The notes below the pieces were generated by a model. The model saw only the letters and a program-made list of their open reading frames with translations, was not told where the DNA came from and ran no database searches. A program made the translations under genes and the position numbers. Shown here in pieces: positions 56,992-64,000 of a DNA stretch of 64,000 nt. The DNA comes from Octopus vulgaris (lineage: Eukaryota), in assembly GCA_951406725.2 (NCBI GenBank), contig OX597829.1, forward strand, positions 25,854,001 through 25,918,000, read 5' to 3'. Position 1 is the stretch's first letter; each line of letters begins with the position of its first letter.

Positions 56992-57044
56992 GGGATACAT
57001 GGCCGTATTGATATTGCCATTGATATTATTACTGTCATCATACT

Positions 57045-57487
57045 GGTTTCAAATTTTGACACAAGGTCAGCAAGTTTGTGAAAGAGGATAAGTCGATTAA
57101 ATCGATCCCCAGTACTAAACTGGTACTTAATTTTTCAACCCCGAAAGGATAAAAGGCAAAGTCGACTTCCGCGGAATTTGAACTCAGAACGTATGTCGTT
57201 AAGTATTTTGCCAGGCGTGCTAATCACCCTGCCAGCTCGCCACCTTATGTTATCTTATTTCTTTATTGCCCACAAGGGGCTTAACTTAGAGGGGACAAAC
57301 AAGGACAGACAAAGGGATTAAGTCGATTACGTCGACCCCAGTGCGTAACTGGTACTTATTTAATCGACTCCGAAAGGATGAAAGGCAAAGTCGACCTCGG
57401 TGGAATTTGAACTCAGAACGTAGCGGCAGACGGAATTCTGCAAAGCATTTCGCCCGGTGTGCTAACGTTTCTGCCAGCTCACCACCT
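57045..57487 (-). mobile_element. Two adjacent SINE B copies
   Basis: Two CCGAAAGGAT.AAAGGCAAAGTCGAC...GCCAGCTC.CCACCTT segments. Confidence 0.85.
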
Positions 57488-58341
57488 TATGTCACCGTCA
57501 CCATTTTACTACTTCTATACAAGGTATTACGGCGTAAACACAGTAGTACGATGACATACATACATACATACACACATACATACATACATACATACATACA
57601 TACATACATACATACATACATACATACATACATACATACATACATACATACATTGTTGTGAAGGCAAGGCTCCAGCATGACCCTTGTTGTGATGGCTTAA
57701 AACAAACTATAGAACTAACATACAATCCATGGTTAAATTGTATCTGTAATAAGTGAGGCGGTTGTCTATGAAATTAAATGCATTAACACCAACCCTGACA
57801 AGTTGAGTTTTGTTCCGAAGCTGATTTTATTCGCAAACTCTCTCCGTCTATTTCTGTCTATTTGTTGCTGTTGTGATTGTTGTTTACGCCGAATTGAACA
57901 CTGGTATATTTGGAGGAGAAGAGAGGGCAGTGGTTAGTACCCTTTACAGGATCACAGAGACATGTGTGAAATGGACTGCAAGGTATGTTCAACTTGGTGG
58001 CCTTGATCGAATGATTGTGACAGAGTGGATTCTGCAAAAGGTACCTATAGTACCAAAAGACGGAGTTAAAACTAGCAACAGATTAAGTCTAACCTCCAAG
58101 TAGACTAATGATTCTCAAACTATCTTATGAGGCGTACCGACTGTCTATTTTTCCCAATATGCCAGGGACACATATAATGTGATGGTATGTTGCCAACTTA
58201 ATGTAGCAGTCCCATGAAAAGGAAGAATGCTACTGCTATTTAGCCCTAGGAAACATCGTTTCCAGTTGGCCATGAAACATTTTTCTGTATCCTTATGTTT
58301 TCAAAGGGGAGATAAGCACCTCCACCCAGCAAAGCCAGCAA

Positions 58342-58382
58342 CCAGAGACTAGTTTCAGAGACATTGTTCGTCATCAGTCTGG
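58342..58382 (-). ncRNA. Minimal type I hammerhead ribozyme motif
   Basis: Minus CCAGA-CTGATGA-CGAACAATGTCTCT-GAAAC-TA-GTC-TCTGG: perfect 5-bp stem I, intact core, palindromic ACTAGT stem III; stem II eroded. Confidence 0.75.
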
Positions 58383-59141
58383 AGTAGCATGGCCTGCTAG
58401 CTGGCGATGCTTATTCGCCTTTGAAAACATATATAATGAATATAAAATTTTTTTAAATCTTATATTTATTTTGTAAACAAATAATACAATATTATATAAG
58501 CATTTCATAATGTTTCTTTCTTTTCTGGAAACTCGCTGATGGCTCGCGGACCGGCACCGGTCCGCGGACCACCACTTTGAGTAGCACTGATGTAGGCCGT
58601 GGCAGGGTTTGAACTCAAAACAGTAAAAACCAGAACACACTGTAAAACATTTTGTCCCACCTTCCAGCAGTTCCGCCGATCAACCTTCCAAGATTTTTTT
58701 TTCCGATTCTGAAGGATGAAAAAGCAAGCTGAGCTTGATGCAATTCTAAATCGGAGTGCAGCGATTCGGAACAAAAAGACACGAGACATTCTAGTCAACG
58801 CTCTAACAACCCTGTGTTAATTCGGCACTCACCGAGTTGACCAATCATCAAAACATTCCATACATGACCATCACATCTTTTTTTTTGTCCGAGCAGTGCG
58901 TATCATTGATTACACTTCTTTTATTCTTTTACTTAATTCAATCATTTGACTGCGGCCATGCTAGAGTACCGCCTTTAGTCAAATAAATCGGCCCCAGGAC
59001 TTATTTTTTATAAGCCTAGTACTTATTCTATTGGTCACTTTCGCGGAACCGTTAAGTTACGGGGACGTAAGCATACCAACACTGGTTGTCAAGTGGTGAT
59101 GGGGAGTGACAAACACACACACACACACATACATACATACA

Positions 59142-59207
<66 letters not shown>

Positions 59208-59233
59208 CATACATACATACATATGTATATGTA

Positions 59234-59277
<44 letters not shown>

Positions 59278-59349
59278 CATACATACATACATAAATACAC
59301 ACACACACACACACACGCACATACATACCACCATGCATTTGGGGAGGAA

Positions 59350-59946
59350 AATCCCAGCGTCCACATACTCCCTCCACAACACTAATATCAAAAAGTCTTC
59401 TCGAGAACGTTACCTGAGCATTACTGTCAGCAGCGATTTGCGCTGGACAAAACACATCTCTATAATTGTCAAGAAGGCCGAGAATGTCTTGGCATCAATC
59501 AGCATGACCTTTGTCAGCCACTCTCCAGTTATCTATTTAAGGTTGTATATGGCCATGGTGCGACCACACTTGGAATTTGCATCACCAGTCTGGAACCCCT
59601 ATCTTGCTCATGACATTGACCTCATGGAAACTGTTCAGAGACGTGCAACCAAGCGAATACCCTCGATCAGGCATCTACCATATTCTGAACGCCTTGCTTC
59701 CTTGGGCATAGATACATTTAAGCTCTGACGTCTTGCAACTGATTTAGTAAACACCGACAAAATTATTAACCATCATGCTAACAACCACCTTAAGCACCTT
59801 TTTGATCTCCTGAAAACAGCACAACTCTCATGACTTTCAGAAACATTTTTTTACACTCAGAGTTGCGGAAGCACGGAACAAACTACCTTAATCAGTTGTT
59901 AGTTGCTGAGACATTGCATCCTTCCTGAAATTCGCCAACACTACAC

Positions 59947-59950
<4 letters not shown>
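59350..59950 (+). pseudogene. CR1-group LINE 3' fragment nested in the internal microsatellite of a minus-strand SINE A (58925-60140)
   Basis: YLSITVSSDLRWTKHI..VKKA...LYMAMVRPHLEFASPVWNPY..DIDLMETVQRRATKRIP..RHLPYSERLASLG. Confidence 0.9.
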
Positions 59951-59980
<30 letters not shown>

Positions 59981-60826
59981 CGATGAGCTTCTTTCAGTTT
60001 CCGCCTACAAAATCCACTCACAAGACTTTGGCCGGCCCGAGGCTATAGTTGAAAACACTCGCTCAAGATACCACACACGCAGTGGAACTGAACCCAGAAC
60101 CATGTGGTTGCGAAGCAAACTTCTTACCTCATAGCCATACGTTTTTTTTTTAAGATGGTAGGACTGATTTGCTGGAAACCTGGCTACTATTTCTTGCAGG
60201 TCGACGTACCATATAGAAAATGTTATTAAATTAAATTAACCATGTTTGTACTTTTCGAAATGTACAAACAGCAAATATCTTGTAACGATTAGCTTCCTAG
60301 ATTCTGAGTCAGGATTTGAAATCAAATCTACATTTTTCTACAAGTTCTTACCTATGGTCCTTTGCTTTTGCTCTTTAAAATTAATGAGAGTCAACTGTCG
60401 CTTTTAGATAAGTTCTATTGTTTAAGTTAACATCCATAGGTTAAATAGGGTTCGGACAAGACAACAAACGAAAAATCCTTCATCCAACTTGACCTAGTTT
60501 AGTTAGAAAGTGATACAAATACGGTACCCCAAATCGATTCTACTCTTTTGCGGGACGCCTGCTCCAAAGAGCACATCTCTATTTTTCTCACTTCACTAAC
60601 AACTTGTTACTGCGAGATTACACAACTTTCACCTTCTCTATTTGTCTAAATTCTTTTATTCTTTTCCCTCTCAAGTAGCTACTCACAGATGAGCTAAATT
60701 ACCTACAGAATGGATGACAGAACTGCAAATAACCTGTTACAACAACTCAAAGAAGTTGTATTTTACATTGTAACGTTAAAATAAAAGGCCATTGCAACTA
60801 AGACTTTTCTTCCTCTCATTTATTTG

Positions 60827-61160
60827 GGCGTGGTTCAGTGGTTAGAGCGTCGAGCTTACGATCATGTGGTTGTAAGCTCGAATCCCGGACCGGGCTGCGT
60901 GTTGTGTTCTTGAGCAAGACACTTTATTTCACGTTGCTCCAGTTCACTCAGCTGTAGAAATGAGTTGCGACGTCACAGGTGCCAAGCTGTATCGGCCCCT
61001 TTGCCTTTCCCTTGGATAACATCAGTAGTGTGGAGAGGGGAGGCCGGTATGCATGGGCGACTGCTGGTCTTCCATAAAACAACCTTGCCCAGACTTGTGC
61101 CTCAGGGTAACTCTCTAGGTGCAAACCCATGGTCAGCGTCTGACCGAAGGGGGTCACCAC
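60827..61160 (+). mobile_element. SINE family C (Meta-domain-like), full length
   Basis: TGGTTCAGTGGTTAGAGC A box, GCTCGAATCCC B box, TGTGTTCTTGAGCAAGACACTTTATTTCACGTTGCTCCAG; tail homologous to the reverse complement of 49487-49675. Confidence 0.85.
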
Positions 61161-61506
61161 ATTTATTTGTTATATACGAACCGTTACAATCTTTAGGAAA
61201 GACCAGCGACAGTGTAACTGTCCCTATTTTACAAAGTAACTGTTCCAACACATATGTCCTACACAATTTCGACATTAAAAAAAAAAAGCGACGTGCGTTA
61301 TAGAAATAAACCTCAAGAGCATAAAATAGAGTTCTAAGGAAACTACTTGTTGTCTACATCGGTAAAAATCATGTTGTGAAATCTTTTAATTTGGTTATCT
61401 GTATTCTGGAGAGAAGAGAATCTTTATTAGAATTCCGATATTTTTTGTCCAATGATATATGAAAATAACCAAATTCATTGAAGAAAAATTTCTGTTTAAT
61501 CGATAA

Positions 61507-62693
61507 TCTATATATATAAAACTGTAGTTGTGTGAGTGTCTGTCCCCTTCGATTTAGATTCCTAACTACTCCCACATTTTACGGTGCAGTTTAACCAAAT
61601 TCAGGTATCTTATAGTCGTGATTCATATCGAGCCCGTCTGAGTATTAGCGCGCGTCTACGATGAGTCTACGATTTTAAAAATAATTTAACATCATTTTTT
61701 TATTCCATTTTAATGCATAATTTCTCGTGTGTCGATGGCGGCGGAGTTGGCGTCCACGCTCACAGCTGCACCTGTGTTGCTTTTCCCCTTCTTCCCTCCC
61801 TCGTGAAGCTGTGGGGAAGGGAGTGTAAGGAAATCAACGTCGTAATGCGTTGTCAAGGAGACCAGCGTTCTTTTAGAACAACGACTTCATGGCTTGAAGA
61901 CACCAAAACAGAAATGGCTAAGAAAGCGTCTACATGAGTCTACGATTTAAAAAAAAATTTGCCATCATTTTTTCCATTTTAATGCATTTTTTCGCTATTA
62001 TATAAGGGAAGTAACTCTCTAAAAATGTCTACGATGAGTCAACGATTTAAAAAAAAAATTACCATCATTTTTTATTCCATTTTTAATGCATTTTTTGCTA
62101 TTTTTTTGCTATAACTCTCTAAAAATGCTTATATAGTTATTTCCCTTACAAACCCGAGCAACGCCGGTCGATACTGCTAGTCTTTATATATAAAACTGTA
62201 GTTGTGTGAGTGTCTGTCCCCTTCGATTTAGATTCTTAACTACTCCCACATTTTGCGGTGCAGTTTAACCAAATTCGGGTATCTTATAGTCGTGATTCAT
62301 ATCGAGCCTGTCTGGCTATTAGCGCGCGTCTACGATGAGTCTACGATTTTAAAAATAATTTAACATCATTTTTTATTCCATTTTAATGCATAATTTTTCG
62401 TGTGTCGATGGCGGCGGAGTTGGCATCCATGGTCACACCTGCACCTGTTTGCTTCTCCCCCTTCTTCCCTCCCTCGTGAAGCTGTGGAGAAGGGAGTGTA
62501 AGGAAATCAACGTCGTAAAGCGTTGTCAAGGAGACCAGCGTTCTTTTAGAACAACGACTTCATGGCTTGAAGACACCAAAACAGAAATGGCTAAGAAAGC
62601 CCGAATTGGCATCTATAAGGGAAGTAACTCTCTAAAAATGCTTATATAGTTATTTCCCTTACAAACCCGAGCAACGCCGGGCGATACTGCTAG
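61507..62693 (+). mobile_element. Head-to-tail dimer of a non-autonomous Helitron (61507-62180 and 62181-62693)
   Basis: A|TC start, subterminal CCCG..CGGG hairpin, CTAG|TC internal junction, CTAG|T end, no TSD. Confidence 0.9.
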
Positions 62694-63281
62694 TTTAAAA
62701 TGAAATAATAATTTTGGTAAAAAGTCACGCTGAATGTTTAAACGTAAGATTTCATAGTCAAAGGGAGATAATTCGATTAGCCATAGTCTTATCACCATCA
62801 ACAACATGGAGACGTTTTATTTAACAGAGTTTATTTTCTATTACTCTCTGTGGCGTTAATGGTTCGCATCTCCCACCACTGTTGCATTATGTCAACGTGC
62901 AAAATACTTAATTGTTTTATGGCACTAAGCCATAACCTAAATGGCCAAAGCATAGCACTGTTTCAACGAATAATTCTAATACAGTAACGCTAACGTGGAC
63001 ACAGTATTTATGACATATTCACATTCTCAGGCGCGCAGACGCTCGAAAACATCTGCAAACTTGCACATACATATTGCAAGTACATATATATAGTTGGCCA
63101 GACACTGACAAATCCCACATGTAAACACGATAGCTTAAGGCATCCGGCATCGTAATTACCTCTGGTCTAAGGGAGATTACTCTCCTCCATCTAATTGCCA
63201 TTCAAAGCCCAGCTAACTAGATTTTGACCATCGACAAAATAACTTATCATACTGTGTTCATTCATTATTCTTCTCCCTTAA

Positions 63282-63537
63282 CCCTTTAGCACTCAGAATA
63301 TTCTGTCAAATGTCGTATTTATTTATTCGCATTGTTTTGAAGTAACCATGCATTATCACGATGGTGTTCCAGCATGACCGCCACCGCATGGCTGAAGCAA
63401 GTAAAAAAAGTATCTGATAGCTTTAAGATTTTTAGAATGACATTGTAGGTTAGGTATGAGAGGCCAGATCTGGCCAGTTTGGACACAAAGCAAGTAAAAT
63501 ATTTGGGCCAGTTATGGCCGATTTAAGTGCTAAAGGG
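63282..63537. mobile_element. piggyBac-like MITE
   Basis: TTAA|CCCTTTAGCACT...AGTGCTAAAGGG|TTAA. Confidence 0.9.
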
Positions 63538-63794
63538 TTAATATTTTCGTAACTTTCTACTAGTGCTGAAAACTTCTATCCGAACTTCTAGACGAATGGG
63601 GTGCTAGCTTCCTATCTTTTTATTCCATTTTTATCCAGATTATTGAAAATTAGCTTCTCTGCATTCGACCTGAGCGCACATTTACACTTATACTCGTAAT
63701 CACGATAACACATTCACACCTACGCTCTCACACGCATATACACAGGGGTACTCATTTGTACAGACATACACTCATTCACAAGCACATAATCTCT

Positions 63795-63868
<74 letters not shown>

Positions 63869-64000
63869 TACATACTTATCTATATATTGTAATGTTGATG
63901 CGAGATATTGAGCCAGAAACGTATACCACATCCGTCCTCTTATCTTCAGCCAATCCTGTACTTTTTTCTTTAATGGCATGTCCTCTTATGAGAATTTTTC

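Noticed and set aside
60827-60895. tRNA-like sequence with A and B boxes
   Set aside because: It is a SINE head continuing into SINE body, not a stand-alone tRNA gene.

Overview
AT-rich, repeat-saturated animal genomic DNA. The SINE families and the density of (TA)n/(CA)n/(TACA)n/(GATA)n/trinucleotide arrays strongly suggest an octopus (cephalopod) genome. This is inferred from recalled repeat families, not from a database search. No intact protein-coding gene is supported: nearly all listed ORFs are translated microsatellites or SINE pieces. The window is intergenic or intronic. It contains three tRNA-type SINE families, decayed mariner/Tc1 transposases, LINE fragments (Hero-like, R4/Dong-like, RTE-like, CR1-like), hAT and piggyBac MITEs, a head-to-tail Helitron dimer and two solo-LTR-like elements. 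The most interesting signal is a layer of short non-coding retroelements carrying candidate self-cleaving ribozymes. There are about ten type I hammerhead motifs: one fully consensus at 19253-19348, near-consensus ones at 58342-58382 and 54976-55086, the rest decayed. They lie in elements that are mostly microsatellite-embedded and show Penelope/retrozyme hallmarks (perfect fold-back palindromes, a 356-bp partial tandem). An HDV-like ribozyme fold sits at the 5' end of a ~520-bp non-autonomous RTE-like element (51558-51635). All folds were assigned by eye and are untested.
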